Assembly: GCA_003693705.1 (NCBI GenBank)
Contig: RBZT01000631.1
Coordinates: forward strand, 20,916-84,915
From: Polymyxa betae A26-41
Lineage: Eukaryota; Protista; Endomyxa: Phytomyxea
Direction of reading: 5' to 3'
DNA: 64,000 nucleotides
Part shown: positions 24,401 through 38,030 of the stretch, piece by piece
How the letters are laid out: each line of letters starts with the position of its first letter
Position numbering within the stretch: the first letter of the stretch is position 1
Notes under the pieces: generated by a model
The model's input: only the letters and a program-made list of their open reading frames with translations
What the model was told of the DNA's origin: nothing
The model's database searches: none
Made by a program: the position numbers and the translations under genes

Positions 24401-25745
24401 TCGCATGCGTTGGCAGGCAATGAACCTGCAACTGGAAGCGTTTTGTAAGCACACAATTTGCAATTCTGCTTCATAATCTGAATTGTGACTTTTCATGTTA
24501 AACTGGAATATTTTTGAAAAAAAGCTAAATTTTGAACAGATCCAAATGCCGAAGAAAATACCAATCGAGCTGAGATTGGATTACATGCCAAAATGGCTTT
24601 GGCCGATTCTGTTCGCAAAGAATCTGATTATTTAAACAGCGCTTGTCAAACGGTACGAAACATTTCGTAATCCGTTCTATCTGCTGTCCAAACTGACCAA
24701 TCCTTAATAGGATCGTGAGCAGGATCTTGAACGCAAAAAAAGGACAGCCCAGACTCTGCGAGATTTGCATCAGAGTCGTCTAAACATGTACAAAATTCAA
24801 GCACGGCAACCTGATGGTTCGTATTTTCAAACACATGCCAATAGCGAAGCAACTCATCCGCTTACAGACCACTGCAAATCAGAAATCATAAACCAACGGC
24901 GACAGCGATTGGATCAGCTCCGGTCTTTAATCAATAAGGCCAAAGTAAACCAGGGTTTGTTCACGAAGCAAGTTCTCTAAGATGTCAGCTCAGATGCGCA
25001 AACGCCAGTTCCAGAAAGATCAAATGGTTGAAAAGCGTATTGCTCAAGTTCAACGCCATACGGATCGTATCAATGAGCGCCAACAGCTCATAGATGCGAA
25101 ATTAGCTGCTGATGGGGCTGCCAGATCTCGAGTGAATGAGTTGCATTCCGTCGCTCAGACTGCACAAATCGTTCGTGCTAATCGTCACCGGCTTGAGCGC
25201 GACGGCTTGCATTTCCGTCGCCAGTTATGCCAGATTTCCAAACAGATCCGTTCGGCGCAAGCGCAGGAGGCAGCGAACCTACGAGCTGCCATAACTGCTC
25301 GCGACGTTCAGGTCCGCAAAATTCGCGATGCTCGGTTGCGCCAAACTGTTCACGATCGCCTCCTTTCCGAGTTCAGTCGCAAGCGCCAAAATGCAATTGT
25401 ACAGGTTGTTTATTGTTTATGGATGCCCACGTGGTTTTTAAATGCTTACAGCAACTACGAGTTCGTGATCAAATCGAACAGAAACGCAATCAGGAGCAGT
25501 ATCCTGTAAACAAGTCCAGGATCGAAAGGCGTCAGATGCGACAAATCCAGAAGCAAATTGCCGAAGAAATCGCAACTTGTCGTGATGTACTTCGAGTTGA
25601 CCTCGCTGCTCATGAATTCGATGATATTACATCGAACTTGACCCGATCGATGGATGCTGATTTGACTTCAAGGTTAAATGAGCTTGAAGCACTGGCAAAT
25701 AATGTTCGCATGGCATGCACTCGTGTATTTAATAATAATGCCTAG
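21469..25745 (+). CDS. LRRIQ3-like leucine-rich-repeat and IQ-motif protein with C-terminal coiled coil (3' extent uncertain)
   Basis: LVCLDLNGC, FARNPV..YRLELLNTLPHLAMIDDYIVSDQERL (LRR cap) and SPIRTLQRWWK (IQ-like). Continuous chain of + strand exons to 25745. Confidence 0.55.
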
Positions 25746-26436
25746 TTGAACGAAATCGTTCAACCATGCATTTACAAGATAGGCAATACAGTAACTCTGG
25801 GTTATAAGAGCATGGTGATTGAAATCAGGGTCCTAAAGTCTTTGATTCGGTTCTTAGGTGGAAATCCCTAAACCATAAATTCTAATTTCAAAATGAGGTG
25901 TATCGCTAAAGTTGATAGGTGGCCGTTGGAAACTGTAATCAACTCGTCTGTCAAGCGGCCCATGACACCTCCAGTTATTGTAAATTACTGGATACATCTG
26001 ATTTTACCGAGTTCTTTGCAAATCTTTTGATTCGCTGAAACCCGTCAAGCAATAGAATTCAGGGGCACATCTCCTTCCAATTTAGGTGCTGCTTCATCAT
26101 TTTCACCATATCCAGTCAGCAAAGCCAAGGAGAGTCTCAGTAAGGTGAGGTAGGCAGAACTCGTCTGCCCAATCCATCAGGGCACTCGAGCCCATATACC
26201 AGATCCTACTACTACTCCCCTGCTGGTTCGCCAGCTTATACCTGGCTAGTTTCCATGAGCGCAGGACTCGCTAGAAATGTAGAGCGCTTCATGTAGCTCG
26301 TCGTACTAGTCGTTTTTCTCCAAGACCTATTTCGGAATCATTTCACCATCTTTACAGACTGATGCTGACTGGCGTAATTCGACCTGAGCCCTGCAACATA
26401 TCGGAGGCGCTGTCCAAACTTCCAGTCATTGAGCGA

Positions 26437-26709
<273 letters not shown>

Positions 26710-27870
26710 TAATTGGTCTTACATCTTAACCGACATCCAGGCTGAGCGCGCTCCCTCAGAAGATGAATCCGTTTCGATTCATTTGAAATGGTTGCTGCTG
26801 TTAATTGATTTGTGTATCGTCTACGGGGCGTTGTGCTTCACATTCTGTGTGCTGCTGCGGTTCGGCACAGCCCAAGCTTGGTAATGCGACCAATAAATAA
26901 GGTCTGGATCCAGAATAAAGAGATATTTAAACTGCTGCAATCTTCTTTCCATAAACTGTTACGCCGCTATGTCGCCGTTTCATCTCTGAACATGTTCTAT
27001 CATGATTCTATCGTATTGTGGGTTACTTTACAACGTAGCTGTGAATTATTCACTGTGATGGATTCTAAGCTGAAGACTCCATCTGCGAACGACCAATGAG
27101 TTCAAATTGCGGAGTCAGTTTGTCGGATTTGAATAGTGAAGTCGCACAGAATAAGCATTCTCGGGAAGAATCTGACACCAATGCTTCTTTATTGAGGATT
27201 TTATCCAATAACGGGGCATTGTAAATGGGTTTGTCTTCAATTCCACAGTGAGGCAATTTCGGATTTTAGGTTAACCATAAATGGGTAGGAATTTGTAAAA
27301 GATTTTCTAATGCCCCGTTATCCAAATCTTCAAAGTTGATTTGACGGATCTGGACTGTCGATGCATTATTTCAGCTTGACGAGTTGAGCCATTTGTTAGA
27401 CAGAAAACAGATCTTTATCAGTTGATGATATAGTGTGTTACTAGTAGTTGATATACGTTTACACAGCCTGACCGCAAACATCCCTGATTACTAGTACCAG
27501 GTAGCAAATATTCAAAAAGGCTGTGAGTGTAGAAAACCATTGTCTTGTGATCAGAATGTTATTTTCGCTTGTCTGCAGTTTGACAGCAAAAGGACACGAA
27601 TAGGATTGATTCTGTAATCAGGCATGATAGGAATCCAAGAATGAATTAAGAGCAACCACAGTCCACAGCGGTTGAGCGATTTTCATTCGTGATTTACACC
27701 AGGTGTTTTTCCCAGCGGGTTGGGTATCTGTCATGCGTGATTGGAAGTTTTCGAATGCAAATGCTATACTCATGCAATGACGTCATTTTAAATTGTGATT
27801 GAGCGCACCGGGCCGATTGTACTTCAGCTCAACATTGCAATAGCTTTCATGTTCTGAATGAACAGTATCA

Positions 27871-30800
27871 TTAAAATCGCGATATGCTTCCACAGAACTT
27901 CCCGCTTATGGGTATTATCCTGGAAGCACAGGCCACACGGAGGCGCTTGTCTTCGCTCGAACAGAAATGTGGAGCCATTGGAACAGAGAGAATACTAGAA
28001 AAAAATTGGTAATTTGATAGAACGCATGCGGGGCCAAGTATGAAGCATGGGCGCGTGTAAACAAGCACCGGTGGGAGACAATACTATTTCACAAATGCGC
28101 GATTTACCCAATTACGCATGGAACCACGCACCCGCTGTGGCTCTAAGGAGATTGCCTTGCAAGCTTAAAGCATTAGCATTGAGAGAGACTTATAAACCTA
28201 GCTACAGAGCATTGATCTATCGCGTATCACACCCTAATATATTATATAAAGAAACTATAAGAGTTCCTATCGAAATAAAGGTTGTGTCGATTTCTGGCAT
28301 GAGTCTCCGTGCATACATATGAACAGGATTACCGAAACCGGAAACTGCCACTGTTATGAGATCACATTCAAGAGACAGGTTTGAAAGAATGTAGCAAGCA
28401 AGCTGCTGTGAGGTTTTGGGAGCTTGCACCAAGTCTCGGTGATTCTGGTCAATATGTTGGTGCTAGGTGTTAGCATTAAGTCCAGATAGTCCACGCACGG
28501 GAATATATCCTACCTGGATCGGTAACGCAGTCACAGATGTATGATTAAGCAAACTTGATAAATAGAAATATCTTGATATGCGGATTTGAAGATATGGTAT
28601 GCTACCTAGTTCGGATGAGGTTCTCTCCCATAGCCCTTTCTGACGGAATAAAGGACCGGTTCGATGCTGCTTGGCCCTGAACAATCTGCGATGATGAAAG
28701 GAAGGGATTTGGCGAAATTGATGACACAGGATGGCTTTTCGGAATTAGCAGTGATGTAGAGAAATCCTTGACAATGCTTGGGACTAACGAAAGTAAAGCA
28801 TCCGCGGAATCCCCGTCAGTTTCAGAAAAAAAGGCAACTTGATCCGGTACATTCCGCAAAACAGGATCCGAACTCCGGGCGGAAATAATTGGCGCAGATA
28901 TCCCTTGCCGCGAAACAGGTCTATGCTCAATGGAACTCCCTTTTAAAGCAGTGGTCTTCAGTGCTTGGCTTAATGGATTCATACAATTCTTCTCAAAACT
29001 GCGCTGAGACCCACTGTTGGCATTGAATAACGCTACTCCAAACGGAGCATGTGAATCAGCTGGGTTTTCAACAACCGAACCAATTCTAGATTTCAAGCCA
29101 GAACTCGCATCTGCATGGGCAGGCGAAACTTCTGTAGAGTTCTGGGAATCGGATGAAATCTGTTCCACAGGTCGCTCAGAAGCTGGCTGCTCATCTTCAA
29201 AATCATGGATGCTTCCGACCTGAAAATCAGAATCATATGACACCTGAGAATCGGCAGCAGGGCCGGAACCAGCAGAGCCAGCTGAGTCGTCTTGGGAACC
29301 AAATACTTGTCCATCAGTCCCAAAAGGGACATTGGACATTTTCGTTGGTACTTCTGCATCCAGTGATTGACGAAGAGCTGTCAAATCACTGGAAGAAATG
29401 CTCTCAATTCCATTTGAAGCTGAAGAGACTATCCCGGAAACGGGCTGAGAACAGAGCTGCAGCCTCGGATCTTTAGGGATTGATTCCGCAGCTCCAAATG
29501 GAGTTGATGAGCTACCCCTCAGCGGGGCATCTTTAACCGCAGCAATCCTTAAAGTTTGCTTTAAAACGCCTTTCATTGCACTTTTCTTGGTCTTCCGAAC
29601 AGTATCGGGTGGAAGATAAATGCTGTATTCTAAGGTTTCCGTTTCGTCACAGAATGATATGGAGCGTTTGCACTCGATCTCCTTCTCTCTAGATGCTTTA
29701 TGACTTCTACTAGAAATGGACAAAGTTGAGAGGGCAAAAACCATACAGAAGAATGCTTACATTGTCTGTTCCAAAAGTTGCCATTTATCGCTGACTCGGG
29801 CAAGAAGGTTGGCGATGATAGTATCACCGGAATGGCTGGCTTTCAAAATTTTTTGAAGTGCTCTGCAATGAGTAGACGGAGTAACCGGAAGAACTTCGAG
29901 AAGCAGTAACGAGGTGCGTAGAAACACCTTGTCTTTTGATTTGATCCCATCTAAAATCCACTTTTCCAAATATTTGATGAAGTTGCTATTATGAAGCTTT
30001 ATCAATCTACGGAATAACAATTAGGCGTGATGTGTGTTTCCCTCAGAAAACTTACGTTGCAAGATGAATGTGATTAAAGAAATAGAATATATGCTCCAGA
30101 AATGCCGAGCGTCTCTCCGAAGGTAGGTTTGGAAGAAGCTTCACAGCGGCATCCGGATTGCGTGGCAGCGCGGGATCGGTATTCCTTTCGAAGTGACCAA
30201 TTCGTTGAAACACTCGCGAATTGAAAGCGGCTGGCTTAGTCGGACGTTTTCCAGGAAGTGCTGCTTGTAGCGCATCCTCGCAAGAGACAAAATCGTTGGA
30301 GTCCGATTTCTCGGCGTCAGGACTTGCTTGCTTGGCATTCACGTCAACATCTTCAACGAAACTGCTTTGGACTTTGGAACTCAAGGCATTCAGTTGCCTG
30401 AGTGCGGACGATCTTGGAGGTGGAGGCTTTTTCGAGGTGTCAAACTTCTCTGGCTGCGGACGTCTTGGAATACGAGACGGCAGTTGAGCACCGAAGAACC
30501 CTCTTTTCGACGAACGGCTTTTCGCAGCTAAGAGATGATTCGTTGACGTTAATACTGGACGTTGCTTGAATGCATCCTTTGTCTGCGCATTGACAGATAT
30601 TTCTGTCGGATGTGAATCGGACTCTGGATGGTCTGGAATCGGCAATTTTATCACTTGGGCAGGTCTAAATACAGTGTCCGAATCGGACTGTGCTGCCATA
30701 TCAGATGATGCCTGGGCAAACGAATTCGGTTCTTTCTCATGCAGATTGACTTTGCCATCTTTAGCACCATTGCCAACTGAAGACGCTTCGTTGTTTTTGA

Positions 30801-31134
30801 GCAGAGCATCGACATCAACAACAGAGTTCAGATCGGCGAGCGTTAACTGGGATTTTTTCCTCTTTTTGCGATGAGTTCTATCTGGATTCGAATTTTGCGA
30901 AAAATGCGAAAAACTCGCAGGAGTAGTATTTGGAGATGTTGTAATCCCGTATAGTTCTGCAATGGACTTTCTGGAGTCGATAAGCTTTAGTCCGAATGCA
31001 GATAGCGATTCTTGGCCAGGAACTTCATTATCAGCCCCGAAATCGTCATCAACATAAACAGACGACCGTTTGCGCTGGGAAGGAGATTGGTGTCCCGGGG
31101 GAGCTTGGGCCGTCATCATCGATCGGTGCGACAT
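27871..31134 (-). CDS. Largely disordered nuclear protein with a TFIIS-N (TND)-like domain and an RVxF-like motif (PNUTS-like layout); 3' end uncertain
   Basis: NLS RKKRKK; FIKYLEKWILD..LLLLEVLPVT..LARVSDKWQ; KRSISF. Confidence 0.5.
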
Positions 31135-32424
31135 CAGTCAGATGGTGTCTAGTAACGCCTTGGTCCGAGTTGGCCTTTGATACAATCGTGTCGTAGAGAT
31201 CGACAGACAATAATCAATCTGCTTGATATCAAGAAAGAAAACTGCGCGTCCGACCCGGGCTTTGTGTGTGCAAGATTGTGGTGTGACCACTGTGACACGG
31301 CCGATATCGACTTCCACAGGACTTGGGAAAGTGGCTGCGCTGTTACTCGTCTGGCCAATGGCGAACTTCAAACTTCTCTGTACTTGCACGACGTGGAGAC
31401 ACTTTCCCTACTCCTCTCCTATTGCGCAGTGTATAGATTGGATTGTTGGGTACAGTCGTGCGACTCATTTTTGAGTCGAGATTACTTGATGTGGTTTAAG
31501 CGAAGTCATTATATCATCCTAGCGGTTAGCCCTGCATGCTTTGGTGAAGTCAATCTGCGGAATTACAATTAGCTAACAGAGTGATCTGTAGCGGTCTTTT
31601 GAGGCGGTTACTGGTTTTACAGCTTTTACATGCACTAAACTATTTCGTCTCGCTTCAAAGAAGCCTTCGTTTTAAACTCGATAAAAGAAAATAAATGCAC
31701 TTGGGCTTCATGATTACAGGCCTGCAAAGCCGAAAACTGGGCGCTAGTTGAAAGCTAGAGTCGCGTCATGATGAACTGCAATTCTACGAATCTATCATTA
31801 CGATTACCGATCATAAATCGATGAATGAATATCGCATGGTCCATGGATTCCTTAGCCTCGCTCGAATGCGGAATGGCATTCTGGTTGTATGCTCTCTGAC
31901 GATAGATTTACTTTTGCAAATAGACTGTTAATCATTCTTTTTGTAACTGGACTCTGGTCCATATTGATTGCAGACTCGCAAAGGAGTCAAAAATAATAAC
32001 CCGTGAATTCAAGCAAGATTAAATGCATAGTTCACTGATCTTTGTCAACAGTCGGCGCAAACGAAAACTCAGTCCAGAATATCCGATCAATATTGCTCTT
32101 AAAAGGCAATATATCACATAATAAACTTTCTGTCCAATCTTGCTCTTTGTAAGTGGTATCGGTGTATTACCGCTGAAGTATTTTACTTGTAGAGTTACGA
32201 ATTGTATGATCGAGCACCCCGGAACCCTCGGCCGGTGACCGCCCTCAGTCCCTCACTGCTCAGTGCTGTGTTTGTCTAATCGTTCTTCACTAGTTCTGAT
32301 ACACTGTTGGAGACAAACTCCGTGGAGTCGCGCATTTTTTATTGACAACAGCTCCTCTTTGGGACTATCTCTCTGATGCTGGGATCTTCGATCTGCTAAT
32401 ATCGTCTATCTGGCATCATTTGCC

Positions 32425-33567
32425 ATGACTTCTTCGCTCGGGTCCTTGTTCCTACCTTTGACGTTCCTGTTTGAAAGCTTATCGAAGTTCCCGATTCTTT
32501 TATCTCTGTCTGTCGCCTATGTTGTCCTCTGCATGATTGCGCGCAGATATGCTCCTAAAGTTGAAATGCCAACATTCGATTTGTCTTCACAAGCATTTAA
32601 GTTGTGCTTTAGTTTATATCACCACTGGCTTCATTGCTTGCATCTTTGCATATCCTGGCTCTTGCTGGTCTTTCTGGCGTAATCGCATATATCATTGGTC
32701 GGCTATGTCATGCTGCTGCTGCTTATTCTAATGCCTTGATTAGTGGAAGAATTATCGACAGTATTGAGGCCAGCTACCATTTTCTCAACATTGTGCGATC
32801 CAGGTGGGAGCTTGTGGTCGTCTGGCGCTTTAGGACTGATTCAGAATCTGAATATGATGCTGAAAATTGTCGAAATGCATCACACATTCTGGATGTCAAT
32901 GTCAGGCCGGCAAGATCATGTCACTCCCTTCCAGCTTTACCACAATGTCATAATGCTTTGGATTGCTTGGTCACAAACCGGCCCTGATGGCTCATCCGTT
33001 CAGTGGCTTCCAATTTTGCTTAATTGCGGTACGATTTATGTAGCTTTGTGTTAAATTTGCGAGCTTTCCTTGTCACTTAAATCGGTTTCGTTTTGAAGCG
33101 CTGTTGTGCTTGTTAATCAGCCTGTTTTGCAAATGCTTTGTTCATTTTATTCTGAGCTCATCATTTTTTATCAAGCTATGTCGCTTGCGATTGATGTTCC
33201 CTTAGTTGTTCATGTATTTATGTACCTGTGTATGTACCAAGCGTACAGAGGCGGCAGGACGCCATTTTACACAACTCTTCCGATGCTTCAATTTTTTCAA
33301 GGTGTCATGACCTCTTGCGCCATCCTTGCTGTCTTCGCAGCTCGTTTTGTCCATGATTTTATCGATGCAGATCGATTCCGGTATTGGCGCTGCTCAGGAT
33401 CGTGGGCGTCGTTTCTGATTGCGGCATCTTTGGCGCTGTGCTATCCTCTCGGCTACATGACTTTGCACAAACCAGCAACTGACAACTGGCTAGCTGAACG
33501 TGGTCTGGGTCTGTTCTTCTCAATAGGGCATAATCTTCGTCACGAAAAAGAAGAAAAGCGAGAGTGA
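32425..33567 (+). CDS. GNS1/SUR4 (ELO) fatty acid elongase-like membrane protein with divergent catalytic motifs
   Basis: Introns at about 32560-32612, 32698-32743 and 33029-33206. Motifs LKIVEMHHTF, FQLYHN, LLNCVVHVFMY and YTTLPMLQF; C-terminal EEKRE. Confidence 0.75.
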
Positions 33568-34004
33568 AAATAAATTCTCAGCGGTGTCATTATCGGAAGA
33601 TGTTGTGTTCTATTGCACCCAAAGTGAAAGGAAGGCTTTACCTGTAGCTAATGTTAACACGAAAACCGAAAACTGCATTCTTCTATAGGAATGCCAGATT
33701 CTAATTGCAAAACTTGGCACAATTTATAGATGTCACAGTATCACTAACTTGGATAACAACCCTATAAACGTCGAAGAGAAAGCACTTCTCTAATGAGGAT
33801 AGGAAGTGTGCTTATATGACTATGATGTTACTGTTATTTATTTCCAGTTGAAACGTGCAAGTGCCGTGTAGGAATTCATGAATCGCTGTCGCATTTGATA
33901 ACTTGAGTAGTATTGATTCACGATCCCTTACGACAGCATCTGGCTAACTGGAGCGTTTCGTGGCGACAGCTACGGCTGCCATCAGCGGCAGCGTGCTAGC
34001 CAAG

Positions 34005-36021
34005 ATGTCACGTACGACCTCGTTCGATTCGCGAAGCGATTCGTTCGATCTTGATCAGCAAGTAAACGATTACAGTTTTCAAAGTGGTTCGATTTGATAC
34101 AGTTTAGAATCGAAGCCGTGTTTTTTCGTCGATTTTCAGTCTGCCTGATGAGGAACTTGTCGATGGTATGGTGCGATGCTCATCTCTATCGAATCCTTAA
34201 GCATTTTTTCAAGATTTTACCTGTGCCTTGTTAAAGTCATCCGTTTTACTATTCCAAGGAAGGCTCTTCGTTTCCAGGGATCATATCTGTTTTTATAGTG
34301 CTCTTCTGTCTGCAGAAGGAGTAGTCACGCTAATCGAAGACAGTTCTCGGATTCACTGATATGTTCTCAGCGGACGATAATCATTCCATTTGAGAATATA
34401 TCTGAGATCTCAAAAAAGAATACAGCCTGGGTGGTTCCGAACGCTATTGAAATATGTATGGGGTTTGATTTAGGTTCCTCATTTTTGCTTAGGTGGCCCG
34501 CTAGGTCTTAAAGATGGCACTGAGTATTTCTTTGCATCGTTCCTCTCTCGTAACCGATGCTATGATCTGCTTCAGGACATCTACCGAAAAGAATCTACTC
34601 CAGAGATATCATCATCTGCTGTCGAGGCATCACGAGATTCGTCGCCTTCGCAGTCTGTTGATTTGACGCATGACACATCGCTTCCTGTTCCAGAAGTTGC
34701 TACATCTCCGGCAGTATGTTTGGCTTTGTTGCCAGCAGAAGCATCCCATTACTGGTTTTAGGATGATTTGACCGCTCCAGATCTGGTTGACAAAGTTCAG
34801 TCGGAATTGCACACTACCCTGACTCAATGCTATGAGCTTAGCTTGGACCAGTTTGAAGCTAAACTGTGCGACACATACTGGGGAAAATCAGGACTAGAAT
34901 TCAAAGAATCTGGACGCGCTGAGTTTCCATTTCCCACGAAGTATTTAGCTTCAATTCAGAGCATTTTGCTGTCTGGCTTTTTTACGCTCTGATAGGGATG
35001 TTTTTCCCAAGCTGTACGCTGATTCAGGGACAGTGTATTCTGCTCAGCAACATCTTGAGTCGCTAGGCGCAACTGATGTGAAAATTTCCTCGTGGAAAGT
35101 AGACAAAGGTACGTCCTATCTCTATCATTTTAAACGGGATTGATATCTAATCTGCTTAGGAATTATGGTTCGTAACGGCTCCTTGATTATGCCAATTTCG
35201 AATATTTTGTCAACCGTTAAACGCACGAGAGTACAAGAGTCATGTTATTGCTGCTACGACCCTGTTACTCACTCGTTTCACTTCAGGTACATTTTGTTCG
35301 TCGCATTCTTCTCATAGCATTTAAACGAGAATCTTTAGGTCTCAGTCTGTTTCAATGGATGCTCCTTATGGAGATCATTTTACGGTCTTGCTTGCTTACG
35401 ATTTCAGTCCCGCTGAAGATAATGATCAGCGATGTTCCGTTTCTGGTCGTGTTGCTGTGTACTTTATCAAATCAGTGTGGGCCGTAAAGTCGATTATTGT
35501 CAGCAGTACGATTGATGGAGTTCGCAATGCTTTCGATTTGTGGTTCAAATCTGTCATTTCTGCTTGTTCTGAAGGCCAAGAGATTCCTATGGCTGCCATT
35601 CGAAGAGAATCGTGTATCGATCGCATTGAAGAACCAAAGAAACGACTAAGATTCGCTCTTCCTTCGTTTATTCAATGTATTTATCCAACCTCGTTTTTCA
35701 TATGCTGATCTTCTGGTCTTAGTTGCCGATTTTGGAAAAATTTTAACGAAACAACGACATTTCGTATTCGCATCAGTCTGTATTTCCTTGATTGCAATCA
35801 TGGTGTCGTCTCTCTCTTTTAATGTATGCATTCGCGTTTTTCTCAGCTGCCCTCTAAACCTTTGCAATCAGACGACGAAATTCTCAGAAAACACCTCAGA
35901 TATGTGCTTTATGATTCCTGATATTATGTCCAAGTGCAGTCAGATGGGCAATTCACTTCCAGACTTATTCATAGCAGAACTGTATAGCAACGCACTCTTA
36001 GCGAGGTCATTTTCATTTTAA
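34005..36021 (+). CDS. GRAM plus VASt (StARkin) lipid-transfer protein, LAM/Aster/VAD1-like, with C-terminal TM
   Basis: DFTCAL..FQGRLFVSRDHICFYS, KKNTAWVVPNAIEI, EYFFASFLSRNRCYDLL and DAPYGDHFTV. Confidence 0.85.
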
Positions 36022-36297
36022 TAATTCTCCTTCAATATGATGATGATGGGATCTTAGAGTTCGAACGTATGGGCATTCAGTCCCAAAAGAGATAAATGTT
36101 GCCATCAATGATCTGAATCAAATTTTGCATGAATATATTACCATGCAAAGAAAAGGAGATACCAAGTTGGTCGTGAAACGATTACAGGATTCTACCCAGC
36201 GGCTCCGGCTATATCCAAAAACTTTATTTATTAATCAATCAAATTAGTTTGAATTGCAAAGTATTGCAAAGCTGAGATTTTCGGAACTCCCTCCTTA

Positions 36298-37865
36298 TCA
36301 ATCTGTCTGAATTTCGATGGTCATCGGCATTTTGCCCAGCCTCTGTAGTAGGTGATTACCAAGAAATTCTCATTTGACACTCAGGCAACGTACCTTTTTC
36401 CAACATTATTTGAAGTTTGCCTGTTTTTTTAACATATTGAGCTTTGATTGGTTTCCAGCCACGCCGCAATGACACGTGAGCTTCAGTATTGCCATAAAAA
36501 TGCAATCCTGTAAAAATCTTGATTTCAGATTATATATTTGCCGATAAAAACAGTATCCTACCCCAATCGGACGCTTCCAATCTTATTGCTTCAGTATTGC
36601 TGAGACCGCTTATTTCCAAGACAAGTCGTGCTGCCTCATTTCCCCGCCCACCAATGTCTTTCGTGTGCTTCCACTGGAGTTCTAATGCTGGGCGGTTTTC
36701 GTCCTTCTCATTCCTTTACAACTGATTGATCGCTTGATATTTACCATTAGAATTCATCCTCACCTGCAGTAGGCAAAATTTTTGGTAAGCTTGTGTTTCT
36801 TTAAAGACAACTCATTCGCAGCTTCAACTGAAGTCGCTGATAAATCCTGTACGGACTCAGTTGTGGGAATTGCGTTCTTAATCACAGAATTCTGAGCAGA
36901 AACATGGACAGGCTCCACATCAATTTCCGTCGACGAAATCTCTTCAATCAACGGCGGTCGTTTTCGAGCAGTGGGCATCTCCAGAATCTCAGTTGTCTCA
37001 AAGTTTAATGAAGCATCTTTTGAGTCATAAATTTGCTGAGGGTGATTGTCTGTGAGTTCTCCGATATTTGTAAATTCGGGGGGATTGGCATTCGTAAGCT
37101 CAAGGTTTGATTGGCTTGCTGTACATAATGCTTTAAGTTTCAAGCGGTTTTTCAGATATTCAGCAGTACTTTTACGAATTCTCTGCCTCGTTGGTCGACC
37201 GCCTAAGAATTTTGCTTTCGGAAACCGAATCTCTATGCACATTGTCATTTCATTAGTCACATTGCCAAAACCCTGATACCTTTACTGAGTCGCAGAGCGT
37301 ATTTGGTTTCGATGCTCTCGATGCAATACTGCACTATAAGATCCCGATAGTCCCGGTCCTGATGACATTGCTGAATAGGAATGGGACTCAATATGCAATC
37401 ATAGGATAGGGCTGGGCCACCGGCTAAAGTTTCGTCTAAGACGGTTGATCGATGTGGGGGTTCTACGTCTGTCCTACCTTTGTCATGACTTGGGCGTGGG
37501 GGGCCACAGCTCACTGGGATCCGATACCTGAAGCCCCACAATTATTACAAGAGCGGGTGTGTGGGGGGGCCTACATAGGCCCAGTGTACCTGCCATCATC
37601 TGTCTCCTCAGGTGCAGACACCTCTTCAGATGAGCACAGATTAATGAAGACTTTCTACCCTAGACGTTAAAGCAGGTTTCTTTGAATCAGCCATAGCATT
37701 AACCTCGCCGACGCCGTCCTCGCTCTGCAGCCGCGTCTTCACCACGAATTCGGGCTCGGGTTCGACTTCGACCGACCCTTCTTCGTATTCTCTTCGTAGA
37801 CGTTGCTCTTCCTCGTATTGCTGGAACAGAAACTCGAGCTGGGCAGCTTCTGGATCTATCTGCAT
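36298..37865 (-). CDS. PIH1-domain protein (R2TP/dynein assembly factor family)
   Basis: VEPEPEFVVKT, KVFINLCSSEEV, YRIPVSCGPPR, YDCILSP and IRFPKAKFLG; CS-like C-terminus. Confidence 0.82.
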
Positions 37866-38030
37866 TTATGATGCCCGACTTTACAATTTGTAATGATGGT
37901 CACAGTCACAGATTTCTTAATGTACAGTAGCCAGACGATATGCGTCATTTCGCATTTGTTCTTGGTTTTAAATTTTTCTGGTTGATAGAATGCTATTGTT
38001 ATATTTATTTAACCACAATATTGCACATTG

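Noticed and set aside
25950-26430. Possible retrotransposon integrase zinc-binding remnant (YDELHEAL..PGISW) on the minus strand
   Set aside because: Too short and full of stops; no RT or integrase core motifs seen.
32425-33054. Apparent frameshifts in the elongase
   Set aside because: Explained by canonical short introns.
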